DNA of 58,291 nt, the filler included, from Squatina squatina (lineage: Eukaryota), in the NCBI GenBank assembly GCA_031763465.1. It is 3 parts of 3 records of this genome, joined end to end, with 100 filler letters (N's around TTAATTAATTAA, not from the genome) between each part and the next. Parts side by side here need not be neighbours in the genome. Positions count along the whole stretch, not along the records: positions 1 to 24,474 come from JARFOE010000176.1; positions 24,575 to 42,193 come from JARFOE010000013.1; 1 more part is not named here. One strand, written 5' to 3'. The notes under the pieces are model-generated. The model was not told the DNA's origin. It saw nothing but the letters and a program-made list of their open reading frames with translations, and searched no databases. A program made the translations under genes and the position numbers. This document shows positions 14,204 through 26,232 of this stretch, piece after piece; position 1 is the stretch's first letter, and each line of letters begins with the position of its first letter.

Positions 14204-14597
14204 ACTAGAGTTTAGAAGAATGAGGGCATCTCATTGAAACTTTTAAAATTCTAACAGAACTGGGCAGACTAGATACAGGAAGGATGTTTCAGATGGCCGG
14301 TGAGTCAAGAACTAGGGGTCACAGTCTAAGGATAAAGGGTGGGCCATTTAGGACTGAGATGAGGAGAAATATCTTCCCAGAGGGTAGTGAACCTGTGGAA
14401 TTCTTTACCGCAGAAGGCTGTGGAGGCCGGGTCACTGAGTATATGCAAGGAGATAGATAGATAGATTTTTAGACACTAGAGACATCAAGGGATATGGGGA
14501 GAAAGCAGGAATATGGCATCGAGATAGAGGATCAGCCATGATCATATTGAATGGCAAAGCAGGCTCGAAGGCCTATTCATGCACCTATTTTCTATGA
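14204..14597 (+). mobile_element. HER1/CR1 LINE 3' end in the last ATP6V0B intron
   Basis: LEFRRMR...; gaactaggggtcacagtctaaggataa; tail gcaggctcgaaggcctattc...tttctatg. Confidence 0.85.
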
Positions 14598-14599
14598 AG

Positions 14600-15250
14600 T
14601 GGTGGGGCTGGAGGAGTTTACAGGAATGTGGAGGGACAAAACTATGAAGGGTTTTAACCATTTATCAGAATTTTAAGTGAGACATTTAAAATGTGCAGAA
14701 GCCAATGTAGGGCTGCAAGGACAGAAACCATAGACCAGAACTTGGTATAGGATAGGATGCTGCCGAATGAGCTGTAATTTAAGGTGATTGGAGGATATGA
14801 GACTTGTCAGGCCAGCACTGAACACTCGAGCCTAGAGGTGACAAGGCACGGATGAGTACTTTAGTGACAGGTGGGCACAGGTAGGGGTGGAAGTAGCGCA
14901 CCTTTAGTATCAAGAGGATGCAGAGTTGGAAGGGTTGAATAAGATGTCAACAGTCTGGTTCAGTCTGATTGTGCTCAGGGAGTGGGATGGAATCAGTAGC
15001 AAAGGTATGAACATTATGGAGGGAGGCAAGAACAATATTTAGCTTAAGGAAATGTTGGTTCATCTAATAGAGGCAGTGGGAGGGTAGAGCTGGGAATCAG
15101 TATGTAGGTAGAAGTTACTGACATCAAACGTGAGGACAATGAGGACAGCAATTAGAGCTTGGGGGAGGTGGTTTGGGGAACAGAGTTTGGGAGTACAGTA
15201 TTTTAGCCATGATGATCCAGCCATTAAGGTATGGGGCAAGCTTGATGGTC
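14600..15250 (-). mobile_element. old degenerate L2-type LINE
   Basis: Purine-rich antisense pattern typical of decayed L2 ORF2 (gccaatgtagg..., gcctagaggtgacaaggcacggatgag). Confidence 0.5.
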
Positions 15251-15489
15251 TTTTCCTGCCCATCAATTTTATATGTTTGTACCCTTGCTCTTCAAGATGA
15301 TCCTGAAGTCATAATATAATTTCATACAGACAATTCAGATTCCATTTATTCAGCATTTAGTCAGCTTTTTGTGCAGAAGCCAAACAGCAGCATACTTTAT
15401 GTTGATGTATATTGGTGTTTAATCCTTCAAATTGAACTGTATTAAAAGTTTAATTAATATCAAATAAGTGCTAGAAGATTTGGTAGCTA

Positions 15490-15801
<312 letters not shown>

Positions 15802-16719
15802 TCAAAACTAAACCAACTCAGTTTTATCTATCGCTGTTGTGTGAATTCTCCAATGTACAAAGAAACGGATCAACGGCTTCCTCACAGCTTCACTTAGACC
15901 TTTTTGGTGCATACAAACGCGTTGGAGGAAGAGAACCCATAAAGCCACAGAATGCACACTTGAAAGTGAAGAAAATGTTTCCTCCTCCCAAATGTATATC
16001 AAATAGAACAATGACTCCAACATTTGATGAACTGAAGAGTTCACAGAAAACAGGGTCAACTACACCAACCAGAAGTACCTGGTGCATTTCAAAAGGAATA
16101 TTCCAGGCTGTCAAGCAACAAAAAAAAATGGTAACTCCTTCCATAGACAAACTTTCATCATTGCTGCCTTTTTGTCTAGCTGACATAAAATGGTGTTCGG
16201 CTGACATGACACTACTACCAATGAGAGGCAGCTGCAAGGAGCTGGGACATCATTTAACATTAGAATTTAGCAGAGCAAGTGGGATAAGCTATTTTAACCG
16301 GTAAGTTTAATTCTCAATCTTGTCACAGTATTACTAACAAGTCTAATATCACAAACCTTCAATTTGGATTTGGACCATTCCTTTAAAAATTATTGGCTAA
16401 GTTGACTTAAATCTTTTCACATCAGCTCCTTTTCCCTTCTGTCTCTTCAGAGAAATCAATCCTTTCCTTGTCCCAAAATCCCATTTATGAACATGTGCTG
16501 TAGATGCATCAGTTCAAAGCTTGAGATCAAGCACCATCTTGTTCCTGAACTAACTGCGATTTAAACAAATTGCAGAATAGATATACTGAGGATGATGAAA
16601 GACTAGAACACTGGTATTGATTGCTCAAACTGCAGAGTAGTTTTGTGCAGTAGATCCACATCTCAAAAAGTTAGAATCTAAATGGTGAATGGACTCTGCA
16701 TCCTCCCACCTAAACATCA

Positions 16720-18150
16720 AAATTATTTGCATGAAGGAAGAGAGACCTGTACATCTATGTTTGAAGATGACACTAAGTTAGGAGGCCATCTGCACGCAGG
16801 AAGCCTCCAATCGCAATTTCAGGCCCAATATTTTCTTAATGGGGAGAGACTAGGAGTTGGAGGAGGAAAGGGATTTAGTTGTTCATGTGCATAAATCCCT
16901 AAAAGCAAGTGCACAGGTGAAAAAATAATTTAAAAAAAAGCTAATCCAATGTTGGCTTTTATCTCAAGGGGATTGGAACGGAAATGATGCTTAAATTGTA
17001 GAATCTTGATCACTGGCATCTACCCAACAAAGTGGAAAATTGCCCTGGTGTGTCCCGTTCACAAAAAGGACAAATCCAATCCGACCAATTACTGCCTCAT
17101 CAGTCTACTCTCAATCATTAGCAAAGTGATTGAAGGTGTACTTGTCAGTGATATCAAGTGGCACTTACTCACCAATGCTCAGTTTGGGTTTCACAAGGAA
17201 CACTTGGCTCCAGACCACATTACAGCCTTGGTCCAAACATGGACAGAAGAGCTGCATTCCAGAGGTGAGGTAAGAGTGACTTGATATCAGGCAATGTTTG
17301 ACGAAGTGTGGCATCAAGGAGCCTCAGTAAAATTAAAGTCATGGGAATCGGGAGGGGGTGGGGGGAGCAGGGAAATTCCTCTGGCTGGACTAATACCTAG
17401 CACAAAGGAAGATGGTTGTGATTGTGGAGTTCCTCGAGGCAGTCTCCTAGGTCCAACCATCTTCAGCTGCTTCAATGAACTTTCCTCCATCATATCACAA
17501 GTGGGGATGTTCGCAGTGTTCAGTTCCATTCGCAACTCCTCAGATAATGAAACAGTCCAAACCCGCATGCACCAAGACCTGGGCAACATTCAGGCTTGCG
17601 TTGTTAAGTGGCAAGTAATATTCATGCCACACAAGTGCGGCTGGGTATAATGTGGCGAGTGACTCAGGAGTGTGATGGAATACTCTCCACTTGCCTGAAT
17701 GAGTGCAGCTCCAACAGTTAAGAAGCTCAACACCATCCAGGACAAAGCAGACCACTTGATTGGCACCCCAGCTGCACCTTAAACATCCACATCTTAAACA
17801 GTCACTCCCTCCACCACCAGCACAGCATGTCTGCAGTGCGTACCATATACAAGATGCACTGCAGCAACTTGCCAAGGCTTCAACAGCACCTCCTAAATTC
17901 ATGACCTCTACCACCAGGAAGGACTAAGGTAGCAGGCACAGGGGAACACAACCACCTCCAAGTCACACAAAATCCTGACTTGGAAATATATCGCCATTCC
18001 TTTGTCGTCGCGGTGGGAGTACCTTCACCATGTGGTCTGCAGTGGCTCAAGAAGGCAGCTCACCATCACTTTCTCAAATGCAATTAGGAATGGGCAATAA
18101 ATGCTGGCCTTGCCAGCGACACTCACATCCCATGAATGAATAAAAAAAAC
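16720..18150 (+). mobile_element. two adjacent LINE fragments (CR1-like RT remnants), the second with its 3' end
   Basis: FEDDTKLGG; YPTKWKIALVCPVHKKDKSNPTNYCLISLLSIISKV; GVPRGSLLGPTIFSCFN; ends aataaatgctggccttgccagcgac...gaataaaaaaa; frameshifted. Confidence 0.88.
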
Positions 18151-19671
18151 TGTCAGTACTGAGTACTTATTAGCTTTTTTTCCCTGACATGGCTTCAGCC
18201 CCCTTCATTGTCACTGTATTTTCGCCTTGCTTTCACTGGCAAGTTCCATGAAGCCCGGGAAACCTGTGGACCCAAAGTTAAAGTTGAATACCCATGTCAA
18301 TATCCCTCTAATCGAGCGATTAACAAGTTAAATGGAAACCCGCCTTTCCTGAGCGAGTTGCAGTGAAACCCGGAAGTCAGTGGGTTGAAGCCGNNNNNNN
18401 NNNNNNNNNNNNNNNNNNNNNNNNNNNNNNNNNNNNNNNNNNNNNNNNNNNNNNNNNNNNNNNNNNNNNNNNNNNNNNNNNNNNNNNNNNNNNNNNNNNN
18501 NNNNNNNNNNNNNNNNNNNNNNNNNNNNNNNNNNNNNNNNNNNNNNNNNNNNNNNNNNNNNNNNNNNNNNNNNNNNNNNNNNNNNNNNNNNNNNNNNNNN
18601 NNNNNNNNNNNNNNNNNNNNNNNNNNNNNNNNNNNNNNNNNNNNNNNNNNNNNNNNNNNNNNNNNNNNNNNNNNNNNNNNNNNNNNNNNNNNNNNNNNNN
18701 NNNNNNNNNNNNNNNNNNNNNNNNNNNNNNNNNNNNNNNNNNNNNNNNNNNNNNNNNNNNNNNNNNNNNNNNNNNNNNNNNNNNNNNNNNNNNNNNNNNN
18801 NNNNNNNNNNNNNNNNNNNNNNNNNNNNNNNNNNNNNNNNNNNNNNNNNNNNNNNNNNNNNNNNNNNNNNNNNNNNNNNNNNNNNNNNNNNNNNNNNNNN
18901 NNNNNNNNNNNNNNNNNNNNNNNNNNNNNNNNNNNNNNNNNNNNNNNNNNNNNNNNNNNNNNNNNNNNNNNNNNNNNNNNNNNNNNNNNNNNNNNNNNNN
19001 NNNNNNNNNNNNNNNNNNNNNNNNNNNNNNNNNNNNNNNNNNNNNNNNNNNNNNNNNNNNNNNNNNNNNNNNNNNNNNNNNNNNNNNNNNNNNNNNNNNN
19101 NNNNNNNNNNNNNNNNNNNNNNNNNNNNNNNNNNNNNNNNNNNNNNNNNNNNNNNNNNNNNNNNNNNNNNNNNNNNNNNNNNNNNNNNNNNNNNNNNNNN
19201 NNNNNNNNNNNNNNNNNNNNNNNNNNNNNNNNNNNNNNNNNNNNNNNNNNNNNNNNNNNNNNNNNNNNNNNNNNNNNNNNNNNNNNNNNNNNNNNNNNNN
19301 NNNNNNNNNNNNNNNNNNNNNNNNNNNNNNNNNNNNNNNNNNNNNNNNNNNNNNNNNNNNNNNNNNNNNNNNNNNNNNNNNNNNNNCTGTAAATTTCTAT
19401 GATTCTATACTGGTTACCAATACCACCGCCATTGTGATGTTCAGTATTTTTTGAAGGCTGCAAAGTGGAGACACTGCGTAGAAGCATGACTGAATTAGTG
19501 GACTAACTGGCAAATTGGAATTATTTATGGAATGAGACATTTCATCTTTAGCCAATATAATGGGCATGGTCTATCCTACCCCAAACCTTTGAAACACATC
19601 AGGTCAGGTATTGACATCAAAAGTATCCCAAGTTACATTAGAAGTGAAAAATAAGCAAATCACTACATTTA

Positions 19672-19893
<222 letters not shown>

Positions 19894-20649
19894 TCAAACA
19901 ATAGGAATCATCAGTAAAAATTGAGTTTGTTATTGTTTGTTTCTGGCAAGTGCTGGCTGTAAGGAAAAAAATACTTCAATTTAAGGGTTGCATCTTGTTT
20001 TCATTTTGGAGAAGCACTTAAGATAATTTTATTGCTCATCTGTCCAAGATCCAATACCTGAAATATTCCTTCAAACAACTTTTTGTTGCCCTGAAGAATG
20101 TAATGAATGAAATGGGTGCAATTCAAAAAGAATTTTAGCAAATCAAAATAGAACNNNNNNNNNNNNNNNNNNNNNNNNNNNNNNNNNNNNNNNNNNNNNN
20201 NNNNNNNNNNNNNNNNNNNNNNNNNNNNNNNNNNNNNNNNNNNNNNNNNNNNNNCTTAATGTATAATAATGTTAAGTACAATATGTAAAGTATTGGACAG
20301 TGTGGATCGATATATGGAGATGTAGAAGACACACTTGTTGATTAAAGCGGTCTAGTTTGAAGTTTGGAATTTCGAGTGTATACATGGATCGCTGGATTGG
20401 TAGCAACTCTGTACATAATCAGCTTATTCATTGTTACCAAGATTTAATGATCAAATGAGGTCTTTTTATCCCCCATAATTGCAAATCAAAGCAAAATATA
20501 CAAGTTGCATATGATGATTATTGTCCTGGCTGTTTAAAAATCAACTCCAGTTGTAATTTGTTAGGTAACTGTTTATGGGCCTTACCTGCCAATACTATTG
20601 TGTGTAAAATTTGAGCATTTAGTACAAAAACTAATCAATAAAAGGGATC

Positions 20650-21400
20650 AAAACAAATAATTCCTCAGGGATAGGTGGTATTTATCCCAGATTATTAAAT
20701 GAGATTAGCGAAGAGATTTGTCATTATGGGGGATTGACTGAACCCTGGGGAGTTACCAGGAGATTGGAAACGGGAAAATGTTGTCCCCGTTTTCAAAAAG
20801 GGCAACAAAGCAGAGACTGGCAACTACAGACCAAGTAATCTTTGTTCACTACCATGTAAAATAATAGAATCCGTTATTGGGAATAGATTTGGGGATTATC
20901 TGTACAATCACCGAGTCAGCAGCTGCCAGTGTAGATTCAGAAAGGGGAGATCTTGTCTGACCAATCTCCTTTTGACTTTTTTTTCAGGAAGTGAAAAAGC
21001 AAGTGTACAGTGGAGGGCACGATGATATGTACCTAGATTTACAAAAGGAATTTTGCAAAGTTGTGGAGATATTGATAAATCTTGGGACTAGATAAGAAAT
21101 TAGCCGAAGAGAATGTATTTGTTATAGCAGTTATGTTTGGGGGTGAGGTGGTGGGGATGCTGAGTGGGGCACCCCAGGAATTAATGTCGGAGCTGCTGCT
21201 GTTTCTAAATTACATCAGTGACTTGGATTTAGAAACTGTGTAATTTGGCCACATTTGCAGGTGATGAGAGGGACAGTCGAAATTAAAAATGTGTTAGACA
21301 AAATAGATAATTAAGCAGAACAATGGCAGATGAAATTTAATGTTGATGCAAGTGAGGCATTTTTTTTTAAAAAGGCAAGATATTCAAATTACATAGTTCT
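20650..21400 (+). mobile_element. degenerate CR1 LINE RT region
   Basis: PGDWKRENVVPVFKKGNKAETGNYRP; FRKGRSCLTNLL; YLDLQK. Confidence 0.85.
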
Positions 21401-21594
21401 GTCAGCATCAGAAAAGAGAAAAGATAAGTCAATGTTTTGAGCAGAGACTCAGAAATTATTGGTGCAAGGCCTCGACTTAAAACATCAGCCAGTTTTTTCA
21501 AATGGCGCTGGACCTGCTCATCATTTCTACCATGTTATGTTTTTATTTTAGATTTTACAGCTTTTTCTTTAATAACGCCTTTGTCTATTTACAG

Positions 21595-21651
21595 ATGGCA
21601 AATGTCTGCTGGTGGTTTTTCTTCTCTAAAGTCATTGAGTTGATGGATACA
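21595..21651 (+). CDS. elovl8: ELOVL fatty acid elongase (elovl8-type) exon, 57 nt
   Basis: ctatttacag...gtaagt. MANVCWWFFFSKVIELMDT contains the KxxExxDT ELO motif. Confidence 0.82.
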
Positions 21652-22250
21652 GTAAGTGACCATATTTTAATTTTAAAAGTACTATACTTTCAACTATTTT
21701 AGTGGTTATATTGGATTTTATTTTCAGAACTACTTTTTGTTTTTAAAGAGGTAGTATCACTGCTTTTCTCAGGAATTTCTTTTTAAAGAAGTTTATAAAT
21801 CAGAGACCAACATTCANNNNNNNNNNNNNNNNNNNNNNNNNNNNNNNNNNNNNNNNNNNNNNNNNNNNNNNNNNNNNNNNNNNNNNNNNNNNNNNNNNNN
21901 NNNNNNNNNNNNNNNNNNNNNNNNNNNNNNNNNNNNNNNNNNNNNNNNNNNNNNNNNNNNNNNNNNNNNNNNNNNNNNNNNNNNNNNNNNNNNNNNNNNN
22001 NNNNNNNNNNNNNNNNNNNNNNNNNNNNNNNNNNNNNNNNNNNNNNNNNNNNNNNNNNNNNNNNNNNNNNNNNNNNNNNNNNNNNNNNNNNNNNNNNNNN
22101 NNNNNNNNNNNNNNNNNNNNNNNNNNNNNNNNNNNNNNNNNNNNNNNNNNNNNNNNNNNNNNNNNNNNNNNNNNNNNNNNNNNNNNNNNNNNNNNNNNNN
22201 NNNNNNNNNNNNNNNNNNNNNNNNNNNNNNNNNNNNNNNNNNNNNNNNNN

Positions 22251-22600
22251 CTCTGCCCTTTTTATTCATTTACTTATTTTTGGCTTTTGTTTCCCTCTAA
22301 CGGCTGTTGCATTCCCCATTTACACCATGTACAGACACATCTCTTGTTTCCTAACTTGCCCATTACCCCATTTGCCTTACACCATCTCTTAATGTCCCTT
22401 AATCCCTTCTGCTTATCACAGGCTTTGTTCTTTGTTCTTTCCTCCCTTTCCCTGCCTCGGCACTTGCTTAAAAACCTGCTACATTTCTAACTTTTCCCAA
22501 TCTCTGTCTCTCTCTCTCTCAAGATGCTGCCTGACCTGCTGAGTATTTCCAGCATTCCCTTTTTTATTTCAGATTCCAGTATCTGCAGTATTTTGCTTTG
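22251..22600 (+). mobile_element. Penelope-like retroelement terminal fragment
   Basis: Ends gatgctgcctgacctgctgagtatttccagcatt...cagattccagtatctgcagtattttgc; related copies at 28972-29040 and 56535-56642. Family assignment is from recall. Confidence 0.55.
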
Positions 22601-24096
22601 GTACTAGATGACCGTTTGAGCTCCTTTGCCAAGTCTGGTTCATTCATGTCATTAAGACAAAACCCTACCATATATTTTNNNNNNNNNNATTTGATGGTCA
22701 AACTCAAAATGAATGAGCATCACTTACCAGCTTGTGATCAGCAGCGTTAATATCCTGGTTTTGAATGCTAGTTGAAAGCAGTCAGCCATTAATTAGCACC
22801 ACCTGAAATTTGGGCTCAGCTTGTGGGCAGTGAGAACGAGCTGCTAACTTGCTACTTTTAGCACATTGCTTGCACTTGCATGTGTAGCCATGAGAATGAA
22901 GGGAACTCTGTAAATGTAAACTCTTTTTATAGTCTAGTTAAGTATGATGTCAAATAAAAGCTGAATAACATCAGCTATGCCATAGAATTTTAATGAACAT
23001 TCCAAGCATATTTTTCAATTGCAATGGCTGCTAAATTATTTTGACATTCATCTCTGGAGTGCCACACAAGAGGAGACTGAATACAATCCTATTAGAAATT
23101 TAATCTCCCACTGTGAAATATGNNNNNNNNNNNNNNNNNNNNNNNNNNNNNNNNNNNNNNNNNNNNNNNNNNNNNNNNNNNNNNNNNNNNNNNNNNNNNN
23201 NNNNNNNNNNNNNNNNNNNNNNTGAAGTACTTTTGAAGTTTAGTCATTGTTGTTATTATTAATACTATTATTAGAAATACACTTTTTCAAATGTTTTAAA
23301 TCAGGTCAAAAATATAATTTTGACTGTGAAACAAAACTATTGTCCTCATGGATTGCTCCATGGCTTACAAAGCAAGTAGACTTTCCATGTGTCTGTGCTG
23401 CAAATCAATTAACCGTTGCATCTTACCAGATATGTTACTAAATTGGATTGTTTGTGCCCATAGATGAATGGCGTCCTTCCGGTGCTCCATCTGACATTTC
23501 CTATACTTTGGTTCCTAGTCAATGCTTATGGTGAAGCTCGAATGCTTACCCTGTTAATAAAGCCGACGGCAAATTGCATGGTATGCAGTTTTATTAAAAA
23601 AAGCATTTTATAAAATCAATACTAATATCTCCTTAGAGATTCTACACTTGGAAAAAAAAGTGCTTTATCTAGACTAACATTATTAATGGCACTGTGCTGG
23701 TGATAGACGAGTCTGTCTGTATCAGAGATAATTAGAGAGTATCCTAAATAGTATGCTTCAAATCTAATGAACCCTGTATCACTGAATTTAACCTCACTCA
23801 GGATAAAGTACAGTTGATTCCAGTTTGTTCTTTGCATGGATACAGAAATTTATTTCAGTTAAGAGGAAATACAACAGTATAAATATTGTCTACTGTTCTC
23901 TTGCCCAGCTTCCCCAGTCCACCATTCAACCTCTTTGATCATTGCCCATAAGTGACAAGGGGCTTGACTGAATTGAGCTTGATCATTGAAGTAGATTTTG
24001 TCTTTTAATTTGCTTGAGTGGATTTAAATATATGACCCATGCATATCTTAATTTTTTTTTTATTGCTAACTCCGTTTTGGTTTTGTTTTTTGGCAG

Positions 24097-24211
24097 ATAT
24101 TTTTCATTCTGAGGAAAAAGTACAATCAGATCACATTTCTTCATGTTTACCACCATGGCACCATGATTTTCAACTGGTGGGCAGGAGTGAAATATGTACC
24201 AGGGGGCCAGT
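24097..24211 (+). CDS. elovl8: ELOVL fatty acid elongase (elovl8-type) exon with histidine box, 115 nt
   Basis: tttttggcag...gtaagt. [38 protein letters not shown] has the HxxHH box; [10 protein letters not shown] resembles Elovl8 more than Elovl1/4/7. Confidence 0.85.
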
Positions 24212-24474
24212 GTAAGTATTATTATTCAAATTGAGGAAAAGTACAGATTTTGGAGATGTTTACATGAAGTCGCCAACCATTTACTTTTGAAATCAAATTT
24301 TAAAAAGAAAAGTTACCATAATTAAAATGATCAGCAAATAAACCACCCTATTCCATTGCATCATTCAAGATGGGACATATTAGTCAGTTTGTTGACAAAA
24401 TAGCTGACGTTTTATAATTAACACATCCAGCTCTTCCAGTGCGTAAGTCACTGTGTAAAACGGGTTTTTTTGCT

Positions 24475-24574
24475 NNNNNNNNNNNNNNNNNNNNNNNNNN
24501 NNNNNNNNNNNNNNNNNNTTAATTAATTAANNNNNNNNNNNNNNNNNNNNNNNNNNNNNNNNNNNNNNNNNNNN
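24475..24574. other. artificial scaffold linker N44-TTAATTAATTAA-N44
   Basis: Exactly 100 nt; the central 12-mer gives stops in all six frames; sits at a synteny break. Confidence 0.95.
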
Positions 24575-24784
24575 ATCGTTCCACGGTGTTGAATAAATAC
24601 TACAACTTTATGGTTTAGCTGGTACCCACATCAATAAATTCAACTTGGCATACATCTTAATTCTAGATGAAGAACTGCAAGCATCTTAGTGCTACATTGT
24701 CAGTAATAAATCAAAGCTGTATTTCTGTGAAATTTGTAAAACGCCCATTCTGTAATAAAAGAAAAATTATTTCTAAATTTTTAG

Positions 24785-24928
24785 ATTACTTCCATGGAGA
24801 GCAATTTGAAAACAATTGAGGAGGAGAATAAACTAATTGAGCAGCACAATGAGAGTTTGTTAAAGGAATTAGCTGGTCTGAGTCAGGCCCTTATTAACAG
24901 CCTCGCTGACATCCAGCTCCCACAAATG
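24785..24928 (+). CDS. ST18: ST18 (MYT1-family C2HC zinc finger TF), penultimate exon
   Basis: tttttag...gtaag. [48 protein letters not shown] has ST18-type residues rather than MYT1/MYT1L; adjacent to PCMTD1. Confidence 0.92.
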
Positions 24929-25606
24929 GTAAGATATCAATTAAGTAACTGAAACTAAAACACTTTTGAACAGCATAATGACTATGAAAATGTGAGTATT
25001 TCTGACCCCTTAAATCAATTTTTTTAACTGATATGCTTTGTGATGTCATTGGGGCATTTCAGACTTTTTAACTTGTATATCTGCCGCTCATTTTTCCCTG
25101 TAAAAATTTTTTAAATATATAAAAGCAAAACTAAAATAAATGATAGATCCTTTCTATATATACTGCTGTCTCAGCCATGTTAATTATTGGGTGCTGCTGA
25201 TAGAATAGAATTAAACAACAATGATATTTTATGTTGCTATTTTATTTTGGGGGGCTTTTTAACAATATTCTCTCCTCCCTTTTAGTCTCTCTGTGCCTCA
25301 CCCTATTGAGGCAGTGGTCAGGGCTCCTCCACTGAGGCTTCTGCCAGTGATGCTTTTGAGGTGGTTGCTTGGAGCTGTGTGAGAGCTTTTTAGGAATACG
25401 GCAGGAGGTGGGGGTAACAGTGTGGGGTCTATGCCACCCANNNNNNNNNNNNNNNNNNNNNNNNNNNNNNNNNNNNNNNNNNNNNNNNNNNNNNNNNNNN
25501 NNNNNNNNNNNNNNNNNNNNNNNNNNNNNNNNNNNNNNNNATTTGAGCACGATGCCCTTAATCAGGATTGTATATTAATTATGTTTAATGTGAATTTTTC
25601 ACTTAG

Positions 25607-25747
25607 GAGCCAATCAGCGAACAGAATTTTGATTTGTATGTGAACACTCTGACTGACATGTACAGCAGTTTGGAGAGGAATTACACCCCCGAAAGCAAGG
25701 CCCTTCTGGAAAGCATAAAACAAGCAGTAAAGGGTATCCAGGTGTGA
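25607..25747 (+). CDS. ST18: ST18 last coding exon
   Basis: Acceptor tttttcacttag. [46 protein letters not shown], followed by a long AT-rich 3' UTR. Confidence 0.92.
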   Translation, partial: EPISEQNFDLYVNTLTDMYSSLERNYTPESKALLESIKQAVKGIQV

Positions 25748-26160
25748 AACTTATCCGCACCAGTTTCCTGGTGCCGCTTCTGTAAATGCTAATGACATTT
25801 TTTTACTCATAGGCAGTACACTTCAGCTTCAAGTGTTTGTCGCACATGTATTAGTCGCATGTCTTAGGAAATGCAAAAACCATATTTATAAGAACCACAT
25901 CGCAAGACGAAACAGTATCCCTTCTTTATAGGTTGCAACTCAAAAGTATCAAACAAAAACTAGATAGTATACATTGAAGCATCATAAAACATTGGTTTGT
26001 CAGTGCTCCAAGATGATGTTGCAGAGTTACAGACCCCTTATAAAATTGAATTAGAGGCTAATTTCTGTAGTATAACTGTCTTGTTACTTACAAAAAAGCA
26101 GCCTTGAAATTATGCAGCGATAGCATATGAACACTTATCATGTTCACCTAAAATGCTCGT

Positions 26161-26232
26161 CTCTGCTATTTCAGCAGAGGTGTTAATCCGTCTAAAATAA
26201 ATGGGTTTCACACCTCTGCTAAAACAGCAGAG
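26161..26232. repeat. nested inverted repeat (hairpin) in the ST18 3' UTR
   Basis: ctctgctatttcagcagaggtgt ... acacctctgctaaaacagcagag pair at 21 of 23 positions; each arm also folds on itself. Confidence 0.8.

Noticed and set aside
18297-19487. Longest ORFs in the track (335-396 aa)
   Set aside because: Almost entirely N read-through; the same holds for most X-containing ORFs.
24097-24928. elovl8-ST18 fusion or rearrangement
   Set aside because: The junction is the synthetic linker.
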